From: Verrucomicrobiaceae bacterium
GTDB taxonomy: Bacteria; Verrucomicrobiota; Verrucomicrobiia; Verrucomicrobiales; Akkermansiaceae
Length of the DNA: 64,000 nucleotides
Direction: 5' to 3'
Assembly: GCA_051252135.1 (NCBI GenBank)
Contig: JBPOGH010000015.1
Coordinates: forward strand, 1 to 64,000
A model generated the notes under the pieces. That model had not been told where the DNA came from. It did not search any database and saw only the letters and a list, made by a program, of their open reading frames with translations. Positions 54,098 through 64,000 of this stretch are shown piece by piece. A program made the position numbers and the translations under genes. The stretch's first letter is position 1; the number at the start of each line of letters is the position of its first letter.

Positions 54098-54100
54098 ACC

Positions 54101-54901
54101 ATGACCGATACCAACACCACCCCGCCCGAACTCCCCGAAAAGGAAGACCACTCCACCGCCCCCGTCCTCAACAAAGAGGCCGGAATCATCGAAGTCTTCG
54201 AATGCCTCCTCAAGCACCCGCATTCTCTCATCAACACCATCCGCCACAACGCGAATCCCACCCACCTCATCGCCAAGCTCGCCCTCCTCGCCCTCGGCGG
54301 CTTCCTCATCTTCGGCCTCACCCTCGGCAGCTTCTCCTTCCACGAACAGCTCTGGGCCGCCCCCTTGAAGACCATCCTCGGCCTCACCATCACCTCCATC
54401 ATCTGCCTCCCCAGCCTCTACATCTTCTCCGCCCTCACCGGCACCACCCTCGGAATTAAAGAAATCGTCCAGGGCATGGCCGGATCCCTCGCCCTCATCG
54501 CCGCCCTCCTCCTCGGCTTCACCCCCGTCCTCTGGGTCTTCTCCCAATCAACCTCCTCGGAACCCTTCTTCGGCTTCCTCGTCCTCCTCGCCTGGCTCAT
54601 CGCCCTCTTCTTCGGCACCGGACTCCTCATCAAAATGCTCGATCACACCGGCACCAACAAAAAAGGCCCCCTCCGCATCTGGATCGGCATCTTCCTCCTC
54701 GTCTCCCTCCAAATGTCCACCACCCTCCGCCCCATCATCGGCCGCTCCGACACCCACTTCACCACCGAAAAACGCTTCTTCCTCGAACACTGGTTCAGCG
54801 AAATGGGTGCCCCCCCGGAACAATCCAGGCTCAAAGAAAAACACCAACGGGGAACAGACCGCAACAACCCCACCCAAAATCCCAACCTCAATAACGAATA
54901 A
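54101..54901 (+). CDS. Multi-pass membrane protein, paralog of the upstream gene
   Basis: About 5 TM segments; CLPSLYIF; QMSTTLRPIIG. Confidence 0.7.
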   Translation: MTDTNTTPPELPEKEDHSTAPVLNKEAGIIEVFECLLKHPHSLINTIRHNANPTHLIAKLALLALGGFLIFGLTLGSFSFHEQLWAAPLKTILGLTITSIICLPSLYIFSALTGTTLGIKEIVQGMAGSLALIAALLLGFTPVLWVFSQSTSSEPFFGFLVLLAWLIALFFGTGLLIKMLDHTGTNKKGPLRIWIGIFLLVSLQMSTTLRPIIGRSDTHFTTEKRFFLEHWFSEMGAPPEQSRLKEKHQRGTDRNNPTQNPNLNNE

Positions 54902-54964
54902 CCATTCGCCCAAAATGACCTGATAGAAGATGGATTGAAAATTGTCCCCATCCCCTACGCGAAC

Positions 54965-55277
54965 CCCAAGGACCAAACGCCCGCCGAAACAACGCCTGCT
55001 TCTTCAGCTCCCAAGGACCAAACGCCCGCCGAAACAACGCCTGCTTCTTCAGCTCCCAAAGGCCAAAGACCGCCAGAACAAACCCCGATTCTTCCGCTCC
55101 CAAGGGCCAAAGACCCGCCACAAAGCCCGCTTCTTCAGCTCCCAAGGACCAAACGCCCGCCGAAACAACGCCTGCTTCTTCAGCTCCCAAAGGCCAAAGA
55201 CCCGCCACAAAGCCCGCTTCTTCCGCTCCCAAGGGCCAAAGGCCCGCCATATACCAGCCCAGGGCAACGCCCTGGGA
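54965..55277 (+). repeat. Seven 42-45 bp tandem units ending in a REP-like hairpin
   Basis: Units start at 54965, 55010, 55055, 55099, 55141, 55186, 55228; last runs into GCCCAGGGCAACGCCCTGGG. Confidence 0.88.
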
Positions 55278-55402
55278 TCCCCCCCTACCCCGGCCAAAGA
55301 GCAAGCCCGGCACCCCGCCCTCCTCTCAACCCACCCGCAGCTCGTCCCAATACATCGACACTGAAAACCAAGCGATCCTCGCCCCACCCCAAAAACGACC
55401 CC

Positions 55403-56236
55403 ATGAGCACCACCCCGCCACCAACCAAATCATCACGGATCCTCTGCGGCCTCCTCGCCCTCTTCCTCTGGCTCATCATCATTGCCCTCATCATCCCCGC
55501 CACCCTCGGCTGCCGACGCGCATCCCACAGAGCCAGAATCATCAACAACATCAAGCAAATCGGTATCGCCCTTTATGACTTCGATTACACCTATGATCAC
55601 TACCCCCAGCCCGGAATCCCCGAAGAACTCCTCCCTCAATATCCTCAAAAAGACCGCACCGATTCAAACTACCTCCTCGGCCAACTCATCGCCGGACAAT
55701 GCACCGACACCGAGCTCATCTTTGAAATGGGCCACTCGACTGGAAGAGAGTTCTTCGCCGACGACATCTTCGAAAAACAAGAAGACATCCTCCGCGCCGG
55801 AGAAAGCGAAGTCATCTACATCAGCGCCATGGGAGACGACCCTCTCTCCTCAGGAAACACAACCAGCGACACCCCCATCGTCCTCGCCCTCGCCAATCCC
55901 GGCACCACCACCTTCGACACAAAATATCTGCGAGGAGAAGCCGTCTACCTCCGGGGCGACAGCTCCGTGGCCCTAACCAAACTCAACAAAAACGGACTCC
56001 CTCTCCTCAAAGGCCAAGGACAGAAAACCCTCTTCGACACCGGCCCCGACACCATCTGGGGCGATGCAAAACCCCAAATCCACTACCCCTTGCCCTACCC
56101 CGCTAAAACCACCTCCCCCGACGCACCGCGATTTTTCCGATCCAAACAATTTCAATTGTTCATTATTCTCGGAGCTCCCATTGTTCTCTTCTACCTCATC
56201 TGCCGCCTCGATGACCTCGTCAGGCGCCAATCGTAA
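55403..56236 (+). CDS. Pseudopilin-like membrane protein
   Basis: TM followed by INNIKQIGIALYDF..Y..YP; second TM at the C-terminus. Confidence 0.6.
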   Translation: MSTTPPPTKSSRILCGLLALFLWLIIIALIIPATLGCRRASHRARIINNIKQIGIALYDFDYTYDHYPQPGIPEELLPQYPQKDRTDSNYLLGQLIAGQCTDTELIFEMGHSTGREFFADDIFEKQEDILRAGESEVIYISAMGDDPLSSGNTTSDTPIVLALANPGTTTFDTKYLRGEAVYLRGDSSVALTKLNKNGLPLLKGQGQKTLFDTGPDTIWGDAKPQIHYPLPYPAKTTSPDAPRFFRSKQFQLFIILGAPIVLFYLICRLDDLVRRQS

Positions 56237-56310
56237 AATCCCCTCTCAAATAACCCTCCCAACCCCAAAAACACCCCGAATTTCACCTCAAAAGGTTTTC
56301 TCCTAGAAAC

Positions 56311-56326
56311 TGGCACGGCAGTTGCT
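56311..56326 (+). promoter_or_regulatory. Sigma-54 promoter (-24/-12) of the P-II gene
   Basis: TGGCAC-GGCAG-TTGCT, canonical spacing, 30 nt before the ATG. Confidence 0.85.
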
Positions 56327-56346
56327 ACCTTTCGGGCAGACCTTAA

Positions 56347-56703
<357 letters not shown>

Positions 56704-56727
56704 GCTCCAGGACTTCAATCTCTTTCC

Positions 56728-56764
56728 AAAAAGCCGCCTCCTTCACCGGATGCGGCTTTTTTTT
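56728..56764 (+). terminator. Intrinsic terminator after P-II
   Basis: AAAAAGCCGC...GCGGCTTTTTTTT. Confidence 0.8.
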
Positions 56765-57017
56765 GTCCCATCTCCCCACAACCAAGCCCCTCCCCCGGAA
56801 AAATCCGCGTCAATCCGCCCAATCTGCGGATACTCACCCCCTCAACCAGGCATCCCCTCCATCCTGTCCATTTGCCTTGCGGCTATTTGTCTTCGACCAT
56901 CTCCGCTTTGCTCCGGTTCCACTGCGTTCCGGTTGCGGTTGAAAAACTCCTCAATCAGGCCCCTCAACCAAGCAATTCCTAATCCCTAATCCCTAATTCT
57001 AGATTCCTAATCCCCCC

Positions 57018-57249
57018 CTATCCAAGATCCTCAGCCGTCACCCCACGCTGCTCGCGGGTTCCCAGCTCAAGCGCCTGATCCACCACCCGCTCCGGATCGC
57101 CGTCGAACCGATAGCCGTGACAGTTGGGGCAAATCACCACATCACTCACCACAATGGAATCACATCCCTCGCACACCTTGTAGGCGACAGGGTTACTCGC
57201 AATCTGCTTCGCCTTCTCCAGGCGGGCTTGTTGGGTCTGATCGGGCATT
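57018..57249 (-). CDS. Small Zn-ribbon hypothetical protein
   Basis: YKVCEGCDSIV...CPNCHGYRF. Confidence 0.7.
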
Positions 57250-57267
57250 GCTGGAAGGGTAGAGATG

Positions 57268-57306
57268 AAAAAAGCCAAGAGGTTGAACCTCCTGGCTTTA
57301 AAAAAA
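57268..57306 (-). terminator. Intrinsic terminator after rpsT
   Basis: Minus strand AAAGCCAGGAGG-TTCAA-CCTCTTGGCTTTTTT. Confidence 0.75.
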
Positions 57307-57323
57307 TAATAAAGCAGGAGTGC

Positions 57324-57584
57324 TTAGGCAGGCTTGATCGCCTTGTTCGTGCGGCTCTTCATGTTCGCTGCCTTGTTGTCCTTAAGAACGTTACGCTTGG
57401 CTGCTTTGTCAACTGCGGAAGAAAACTCGCTGAATGCCTTGCGGGCTTCCTCGTTGTTTCCACCCTCTGCAGCAGCAAGGGTCTTCTTCTGAAGAGTCTT
57501 GATCTCGCTCTTGATGGAACGATTCCGGGCAGTACGTTTTTCGGTCTGACGTACGCGCTTTTCTGCTGACTTGCTATTGGCCAT
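57324..57584 (-). CDS. rpsT: 30S ribosomal protein S20
   Basis: MANSKSAEKRVRQ..R..RN, DKAAKR, NKAANMKSR. Confidence 0.95.
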   Translation of the reverse strand: MANSKSAEKRVRQTEKRTARNRSIKSEIKTLQKKTLAAAEGGNNEEARKAFSEFSSAVDKAAKRNVLKDNKAANMKSRTNKAIKPA

Positions 57585-57702
57585 AATTAAATCCGCCGGT
57601 TGGGCGGACCGGAAACCTAGGGAATTCCGCTCACCTGTCAAGTTTCAGTGCTCGAAAAAAATTCCCATCGCAGGATCGCTCTCCATGTGGAAAACTATCC
57701 CC

Positions 57703-58506
57703 ATGAAATCAAGGCTCCTTCTTACCCTCCTTTTGGTCGCCAATCCCTTATTGGCACAGGATAAACCGGAAATCCCCGAGGATCTCCTCGATGACGAACA
57801 CTTCCGCACCGAAAGCGGCCTCAATGAGTTCACCGTCCCCTCCATCGCCAAGGTCTTCGACGAATTGGAGAAAATCTCGCCCCTCTCCTACACTTCGGAC
57901 CACCTGAAGCGGCACGAACGCCTCCCCCTCGACCGCTCCAAGCTCGCCCTCCGCCTAGGAACCCTCATCGCCGATGGCTTCATCGCCGTCCAGACCGGAC
58001 ACTCCGATGACGTCCCCACCATCGCTTCCCACCTCTCCCGCTACGCCAAGGCCCTCGGTGCCGGCGAGCGCATCAAACGCCACGCCGCGGCCCTTCTCGA
58101 CCACGCCAAGGCCAAAGACCTCGATAAACTCAAGGAAGCCCTTGCCGCCACCCAACGCGATGTCGAACGCGAGCTCGTCAGCCTCCGCGATCCCGATCTC
58201 GCCCACCTCATCTCCCTCGGCGGCTGGCTTCAGGCACTCGAGGCCGGCTCCACCGCCGTAGATAAGAAATTCACCGAAGACCGCGCCCGTGCCCTCTTCC
58301 GGGAAGACATTGCCGACTACTACACCGAATCCGTAGGCTCCCTAAACCCCGAGATCAGCGAACTCCCTCACATCAAACAAATGCGCGATTTCCTCTCCGG
58401 CCTCCGCAATGCCATGGCCTTAAAAGAAGATGCCAAGCCCACCCCGGAAGGCGTCAAAGAGATCATGGAAGTCGCCACCAAGCTCGCAACCTTCGCCCGT
58501 CAGTAA
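57703..58506 (+). CDS. Exported helical hypothetical protein
   Basis: Signal peptide MKSRLLL..LLA; LGTLIADGF, LISLGGW. Confidence 0.7.
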   Translation: MKSRLLLTLLLVANPLLAQDKPEIPEDLLDDEHFRTESGLNEFTVPSIAKVFDELEKISPLSYTSDHLKRHERLPLDRSKLALRLGTLIADGFIAVQTGHSDDVPTIASHLSRYAKALGAGERIKRHAAALLDHAKAKDLDKLKEALAATQRDVERELVSLRDPDLAHLISLGGWLQALEAGSTAVDKKFTEDRARALFREDIADYYTESVGSLNPEISELPHIKQMRDFLSGLRNAMALKEDAKPTPEGVKEIMEVATKLATFARQ

Positions 58507-58512
58507 CACATC

Positions 58513-60174
58513 ATGACTCTCCTCCTCGGACTCGGAATCATCGGGTCACGCAGCGCCGATCAGCTCACCGCCGCCAACATCCCCCTCAAAACCTGGAACC
58601 GCACCCCCAAGGATCGCCCCGATTCGGTCGATGATCCCGCACAGGCCGCCGCAGACGCCGATGTCATCGTCTGCTACCTCATGGATGAAAAGGCCGTCCG
58701 CGAGGTCTTCACCCGCATCGCCCCCTCTCTCACCGAAGGAAAAACCTTCATCAACCACGCCACCATCGACGTCGACACCACCCTCTGGCTCGACCAACAG
58801 TGCCGTGACCTCGGCTGTGACTTCCTCGATTGCCCCTTCACCGGCTCCCGTGACGCCGCCACCGGCGGAAATCTCGTCTACTACGTCTCCGGCGATCCCG
58901 CAGTCGTCGAAAAACACCGCCCCCTCCTCGAAATCACTTCCCGTGAAATCGTCTTCCTCGGCCCCCCACCGGCCGCCACCGTCGTAAAAATCACCACCAA
59001 TCACGTCACCGCCTCCGTCGTCCAGGCCATGACCGAAGCCGTCGAGATTTCCCGCCGCTACGGCGTCGACCCCCGCGCCTGGCATGAAGCCGCCAAGCTC
59101 AACGGCTGCTACGCCGGAGCCATCGGCATGAAAATCCCCACCCTTCTCGAAGGCGACTACACCCCGCACTTCTCCGCCAAGAACATGCTCAAGGATGTCA
59201 CCTACTCGCGGCATCTCGCCAAACAGTCCGGGGTCAAAACTCCCGTCGCCAACCGCGTCGGAGCACAACTCCGCTCTGCCGAAGGCGAGCTTCAGGAAAA
59301 GGACTTCTCCGTCATCCAACTCGCCCAGCAAGGCCACCCCGAGTTTCCAAAAATCATCAACCTCTCCCCGCGTGGCATCATCCGCGTCACCGGACCGGAT
59401 GCCAAACGCTTCCTCAACGGGCAAATTTCAAATGACGTCGCCCTCACCGACTCCGGAGACTCCATCGCCGCCTGCGTCCTGAATATGAAAGGCCAACTCG
59501 AAGCCTTCATTCGCGTCATGCAGCACGAGGGCACCTACTACCTCGATACCGAACTCTCCCAAAAAGACGTCCTCCTGCAACGCCTCGACCGCTACCTCAT
59601 CGCAGACGATGTCGAACTGACCGATGTCTCCACCGACTTCCACCTCGTCCACAGCCGCAGCCAAAGCATTACCGACAAAGGAGCTGTCTCCGCCCGCTCG
59701 AACCGCTTCGGCATCGTCGCCTTCGACACCCTCATCCCGGTGAAGGTAAGCCAATACGGCCCCTGGCGCTTCGCCCGCCGAGAGATCGAATCCTACCGCA
59801 TCCTCAACGGCATCCCCAAATGGCCCAACGAGCTCTTCCCCGGACTCCTTCCGCCCGAAGCCGGACTCGAGGAATCCGCCGTTTCCTACACCAAAGGCTG
59901 CTACACCGGACAGGAGGTCATCTCCCGCATGAAGCGCGCCGGCAAGGTCAACCGCAAGCTCGTCAAACTCACCCTCGACAAACCCCTCATCCCCACCAAG
60001 TCCCTCCTTCAGGTCGATGGAAAAGAAGCCGGAATCATCACCTCCGTCGCCGCCATCGCCCCCGATCAGGAAATCGCCCTCGGCTACCTCAAACGCAAGT
60101 TCGAGGACGCCACCGAATTCCAGATCGCCTCCCCCTACAACGGCGACATCATCGGAAGTGCCACCCTCCGCTAG
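58513..60174 (+). CDS. Fusion of beta-hydroxyacid dehydrogenase-like domain and YgfZ folate-binding domain
   Basis: GLGIIG, WNRT, FLDCPFTGS; then GPDAKRFLNGQISNDV and KGCYTGQEVISR. Confidence 0.85.
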   Translation: MTLLLGLGIIGSRSADQLTAANIPLKTWNRTPKDRPDSVDDPAQAAADADVIVCYLMDEKAVREVFTRIAPSLTEGKTFINHATIDVDTTLWLDQQCRDLGCDFLDCPFTGSRDAATGGNLVYYVSGDPAVVEKHRPLLEITSREIVFLGPPPAATVVKITTNHVTASVVQAMTEAVEISRRYGVDPRAWHEAAKLNGCYAGAIGMKIPTLLEGDYTPHFSAKNMLKDVTYSRHLAKQSGVKTPVANRVGAQLRSAEGELQEKDFSVIQLAQQGHPEFPKIINLSPRGIIRVTGPDAKRFLNGQISNDVALTDSGDSIAACVLNMKGQLEAFIRVMQHEGTYYLDTELSQKDVLLQRLDRYLIADDVELTDVSTDFHLVHSRSQSITDKGAVSARSNRFGIVAFDTLIPVKVSQYGPWRFARREIESYRILNGIPKWPNELFPGLLPPEAGLEESAVSYTKGCYTGQEVISRMKRAGKVNRKLVKLTLDKPLIPTKSLLQVDGKEAGIITSVAAIAPDQEIALGYLKRKFEDATEFQIASPYNGDIIGSATLR

Positions 60175-60177
60175 TGC

Positions 60178-60741
60178 TCACATCTCCAGAAAATTCCGCA
60201 GGATCTGCTTCCCCGAGTTCGTCAAAATCGACTCCGGGTGAAACTGCACCCCGTGCACATTGTGCTCCTTGTGCTTCAGCCCCATAATAATCCCATCCTC
60301 CGTCCACGCCGTCACTTCCAGACAATCCGGCAGCGTCTCCTTTTTCACGATCAGCGAGTGATACCGCGTCGCCTCAAAGGGATTATCAAGCCCCTTAAAA
60401 ACACTCTTCCCCTCGTGATGGATCATCGAGGTCTTCCCGTGCATCAGCGTCTCCGCCCGCACCACCTCACCACCATAAACCTGCCCGATCGACTGATGCC
60501 CCAGGCACACTCCAAACACCGGAATGCTCGAACCAAAGGCCTCAATCACATCACAAGAAATCCCAGCCTCATTCGGCGTGCACGGTCCCGGCGACACACA
60601 AATCCGTGATGGATTCAAATCACGAAGCTCATCCACGCTGATCGCATCATTGCGCAGCACCTTCATCTCCGCCCCCAACTCGCCAAAATATTGGACCAAA
60701 TTGTAGGTGAAGGAATCGTAGTTATCGATGACGACTAACAT
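60178..60741 (-). CDS. trpG: Anthranilate synthase component II
   Basis: [29 protein letters not shown]. Confidence 0.93.
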   Translation of the reverse strand: MLVVIDNYDSFTYNLVQYFGELGAEMKVLRNDAISVDELRDLNPSRICVSPGPCTPNEAGISCDVIEAFGSSIPVFGVCLGHQSIGQVYGGEVVRAETLMHGKTSMIHHEGKSVFKGLDNPFEATRYHSLIVKKETLPDCLEVTAWTEDGIIMGLKHKEHNVHGVQFHPESILTNSGKQILRNFLEM

Positions 60742-62240
60742 GACTTGCCCAGGGTTTTGGCCAACCCAACCGCCCGCATCATTGCCGCAGCCTTGTTGAC
60801 CGTTTCATTGTATTCATACGTCGGATTGCTATCCGCCACCACTCCCGCACCCGCCTGAATGTAGACTTTCCCGTCTTTCATCAGGCATGTCCGCAGCGCG
60901 ATGCACGAATCGTGATTCCCGTCCCACGCAAAATATCCCACCGCTCCCGAATAGGAACCACGCTTATTCTTCTCCAGACTGTTAATGATCTGCATCGCCC
61001 GAATCTTCGGCGCCCCGCTCACCGTCCCCGCCGGAAAAGTCGATCGCAGCACATCGTAACTCGTGTGCTTCGGATCCAGCTTCCCGCTCACATTGGAAAC
61101 AATGTGCATCACGTGGCTGTACCGCTCCACGATCATCATATCGTCCACACTCACACTCCCGTTCTGGGAAATCCGTCCCACATCGTTGCGCGCCAGATCA
61201 ATCAGCATGACATGCTCGGCACACTCCTTTTCATCGGCCAAAAGATCAGCCGCCAGCGCATCATCCTCCTCTGGCGTCTTCCCCCTCCAGCGCGTTCCCG
61301 CGATCGGACGGATATCAATCTTCCCGTCAACCGCACGCACATGCACCTCCGGCGAACTCCCCACCAAAGAAAAGTCCGGAGTCTGGTAAATGAACATGTA
61401 AGGCGACGGATTGATGTGCCGCAGCGCCCGATAAAGATCCACCGCATCCCCGTCAAAATCCGCCTCAAAGCGCTGACTCGGCACCACCTGGAACGCATCC
61501 CCCGCCGCAATGTAATCCTTCGCCTTCAGCACCATCGCCTCATACTCCTCCTGCGAGGTATTGCTTCGCGGTTCCGGTGCTTCAATCTCCGCCAGCCCGT
61601 TCAAGGGCGGCACATGCAGCGGACGGTCCAACGAAGCAATCACCGCCTCGATCCGTCCCCGCGCCGTCGCATAAGCCTCCTCCGGACTCTCATGCTCATC
61701 CAGCAAGGCATTGGAAACCACCAACAGCCGCCGCAACTTGTGGTCAAACACCACCAACGTATCCGCTAAAAAGAAAATCGACTCCGGGAGCCCCAAATCA
61801 TCCTCCGGCGAATCTCCTACCGCCGGCTCAAATTGCTGCACCGCATCGTACCCCACATAACCCACCGCTCCGCCAAAGAACGGAGGGGCATCACCATGCG
61901 TCACCGGCTTGTATCCCGCCATCAGACGCTCCACCTCATCCAGCACATCACCCTCACGAGCCCGCCTCTCAACCTCCGCACCCCGCTGAATCGTCACCTC
62001 ATCCCCCTTCGACACAAAAATCCACTTCGGCTGGCTCCCCACAATCGACCACCGACCACTCGCATCCGTGCTCTCCGCACTCTCAAAAAGGAAAGCATGC
62101 TTCCCATCCCGTAGTTTTAAATAAGCCGATACCGGAGTTTCAAAATCCGCCGCCAGTTGCGCGTATACCGGCACAACATTCCCGGCTTTTGCCAATCCGG
62201 CAAACTCCTCCACACTTGGTCTGACTGGAACCTCACTCAC
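60735..62240 (-). CDS. trpE: Anthranilate synthase component I
   Basis: [42 protein letters not shown]. Confidence 0.93.
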   Translation of the reverse strand: MSEVPVRPSVEEFAGLAKAGNVVPVYAQLAADFETPVSAYLKLRDGKHAFLFESAESTDASGRWSIVGSQPKWIFVSKGDEVTIQRGAEVERRAREGDVLDEVERLMAGYKPVTHGDAPPFFGGAVGYVGYDAVQQFEPAVGDSPEDDLGLPESIFFLADTLVVFDHKLRRLLVVSNALLDEHESPEEAYATARGRIEAVIASLDRPLHVPPLNGLAEIEAPEPRSNTSQEEYEAMVLKAKDYIAAGDAFQVVPSQRFEADFDGDAVDLYRALRHINPSPYMFIYQTPDFSLVGSSPEVHVRAVDGKIDIRPIAGTRWRGKTPEEDDALAADLLADEKECAEHVMLIDLARNDVGRISQNGSVSVDDMMIVERYSHVMHIVSNVSGKLDPKHTSYDVLRSTFPAGTVSGAPKIRAMQIINSLEKNKRGSYSGAVGYFAWDGNHDSCIALRTCLMKDGKVYIQAGAGVVADSNPTYEYNETVNKAAAMMRAVGLAKTLGKSC

Positions 62241-62293
62241 GCGGCCCGCAGTCTGCCTATCCCCACCCATGAGGCAATCCGAAAGACAGTTCC

Positions 62294-63109
62294 CTACCCA
62301 CCAAATAACTCCCCGTAAAACGCCGGGTCCGGCTCAGGCACCAGATCATGCCACGCCGACACCTCATTCTGGGCCGCACAACAAACCTCCAGTTCGCAAT
62401 TTCCTCCCACCCGGTCCTGCACCACCCCAATCGCCACCTCCGGCGTATTGCAGTCGCTGCTCAGATGTCCTAAAATCACCTTCCGCAAGCCCGCAGGCAC
62501 CAGCTCCGCAATCAAATCCGCCGCCTGCTCATTCGACAAATGCCCGTGTTGCGACGAAATCCGCTGCTTCGTGCTAAACGGCCTCTTCGTATCCGCATCC
62601 AGCAACTTCCACTCATAATTCGCCTCCAACACGAGCCCCGCCACCCCCTTCAACGCCTCCAGCACCGCCGCATCCACATGCCCCAGGTCCGTCGCCACCC
62701 CCATCCGGTAATCCCCTTGGGAAATCACATAACCCACCGGCTCCACCGCATCATGCGGCAGCGCAAAGGTCGTCAGCTCAAAACCCTCCCATTCAAAACA
62801 CTGACCACTCTCAAAAGACACCCAATCCGCCTGCGCCCGCAGCCCCTCCTGCACCACCCGTCCCGTCATGATGCTCGCCACCACCGGCACCCGCCACTTC
62901 TTCAGGAACACATCAAGCCCCCGCGTGTGATCTCCATGCTCATGCGTCAGCAGTATCCCCGTCAGCATCGACGGACACACCCCGAGCGCCTCCAGGCGCA
63001 ATCCCAGCTGCTTCGCACTCAAGCCCGCATCAATCAGAAGATACTTCCCCTGACACTCGACCACCGTCGAATTGCCACCACTTCCACTTCCCAGCACTGC
63101 AAATCGCAT
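62294..63109 (-). CDS. Metallo-beta-lactamase-fold hydrolase (WalJ/YycJ-like)
   Basis: LGSGSGGN, THEHGDH, PHDA, ATDLG, LEANY, GHLSN. Confidence 0.88.
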   Translation of the reverse strand: MRFAVLGSGSGGNSTVVECQGKYLLIDAGLSAKQLGLRLEALGVCPSMLTGILLTHEHGDHTRGLDVFLKKWRVPVVASIMTGRVVQEGLRAQADWVSFESGQCFEWEGFELTTFALPHDAVEPVGYVISQGDYRMGVATDLGHVDAAVLEALKGVAGLVLEANYEWKLLDADTKRPFSTKQRISSQHGHLSNEQAADLIAELVPAGLRKVILGHLSSDCNTPEVAIGVVQDRVGGNCELEVCCAAQNEVSAWHDLVPEPDPAFYGELFGG

Positions 63110-63255
63110 CTGGCCCAAGAAATGCACTCCAAAACCCTGAAAGGCAATCTTTTCAGTTTTCCACTAAACGTCTGGACGGAACCACTTTTCAGTCCTATGA
63201 GCCGCTCGCGGGAACTTTTCAAAAGCCCCCTAATCAACACCACATCAACATTCTC

Positions 63256-64000
63256 ATGTCATTTCTGCCCGAAAAATTCGCTCATCCCTACGAGATCAAT
63301 CCCGATTTCTCTAAGAGCGTCGCCTACTTTTCCTCTGAGTTCGCGATCGACCAGAGCCTCAAAATCTACTCCGGCGGACTCGGATTCCTCGCCGGCTCCC
63401 ACATGCGCTCGGCGCACGACCTCAAGCAAAACCTCGTCGGTGTCGGAATTCTCTGGTCCTACGGATACTATAACCAGGTCCGCGGCGATGACCGCCAAAT
63501 GGCCGTCGCCCTCCGCCGCAAATCCTACCACTTCCTCCGCGATACCGGCGTCAAGTTCACCATCAACATTCAGGGCAAGGACGTCTGGGTCAAAGGACTC
63601 TACCTCCCAGGCGACATCTTCGGCACCTGCCCCATGTTCTTCGTCACCACCGACTTCGAGGACAACGACGACGATGCCCGCGACATCTCCCGTCGCCTCT
63701 ACGACTCCGATCACCAGCGCCGCATCGCCCAATACATGCTTCTCGGCATCGGCGGAGCCAAGCTCCTTGACGAACTTGGAGCACAGCCGGACATCTATCA
63801 CCTCAACGAAGCACACGCCCTCTCCGCTGCCTTCTACCTCCACTCCAAAGGAGACAAAAAAGAAGAGCTTCGTAAAAAACTCATCTTCACCACCCACACC
63901 CCCGAGGCCGCCGGTAACGAGCACCACGATTTCAACGAGCTCGAGCGCTTCGGCTTCTTCTGTGGTGCTGATCGCGCGAACGTCGAGGAATTCACCGGCA
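63256..64000 (+). CDS. glgP: Alpha-glucan phosphorylase, 5' part (runs off the window; absent from ORF track)
   Basis: Hand-translated VAYFSSEFAIDQSLKIYSGGLGFLAGSHMRSA..GYYNQ, HLNEAH, FTTHTP..AGNE. Confidence 0.92.
   Translation, partial: MSFLPEKFAHPYEINPDFSKSVAYFSSEFAIDQSLKIYSGGLGFLAGSHMRSAHDLKQNLVGVGILWSYGYYNQVRGDDRQMAVALRRKSYHFLRDTGVKFTINIQGKDVWVKGLYLPGDIFGTCPMFFVTTDFEDNDDDARDISRRLYDSDHQRRIAQYMLLGIGGAKLLDELGAQPDIYHLNEAHALSAAFYLHSKGDKKEELRKKLIFTTHTPEAAGNEHHDFNELERFGFFCGADRANVEEFTG

Noticed and set aside
54965..55277. Possible CRISPR array
   Set aside because: The intervening segments are near-identical rather than unique spacers, the period is only 42-45 bp, and no cas genes are present
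54935..55402. Pro-rich N-terminal extension of the 54935-56236 ORF
   Set aside because: Read-through of the DNA repeat, whose 44-bp unit shifts frame; the ATG at 55403 gives a sensible N-terminus
63259..63927. 222-aa minus-strand ORF
   Set aside because: It is the antisense shadow of glgP, whose + frame shows clear phosphorylase motifs

Overview
Bacterial chromosomal window, most consistent with Verrucomicrobiota (inferred from a PEP-CTERM protein, a DUF6288-like protein, a CotH/lamin-tail protein and REP-like intergenic elements). Core genes include recQ, bioD, cdaA, ispH, pssA, uvrA, trpF, crcB, priA, hppA, creBC, P-II, rpsT, trpEG and the 5' part of glgP. These are mixed with three large secreted proteins and several accessory patches. 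Observations most worth follow-up: (1) an integrase-less array of attC-like sites separating small low-GC genes at 38.3-39.9 kb; (2) intergenic mosaics in which unrelated REP-like hairpins and heptamer runs, all in the same orientation, each follow a CAACCAAG/CCAAG motif; (3) a shared ~70-aa C-terminal domain on three unrelated secreted proteins; (4) a phased cre-tag-like array between creC and a non-creD membrane operon; (5) an unannotated 49-aa mini-CdaR overlapping cdaA; (6) strong C>>G skew on the + strand regardless of gene direction. All calls come from motif recognition by eye; no searches were run, and several start codons are estimates.
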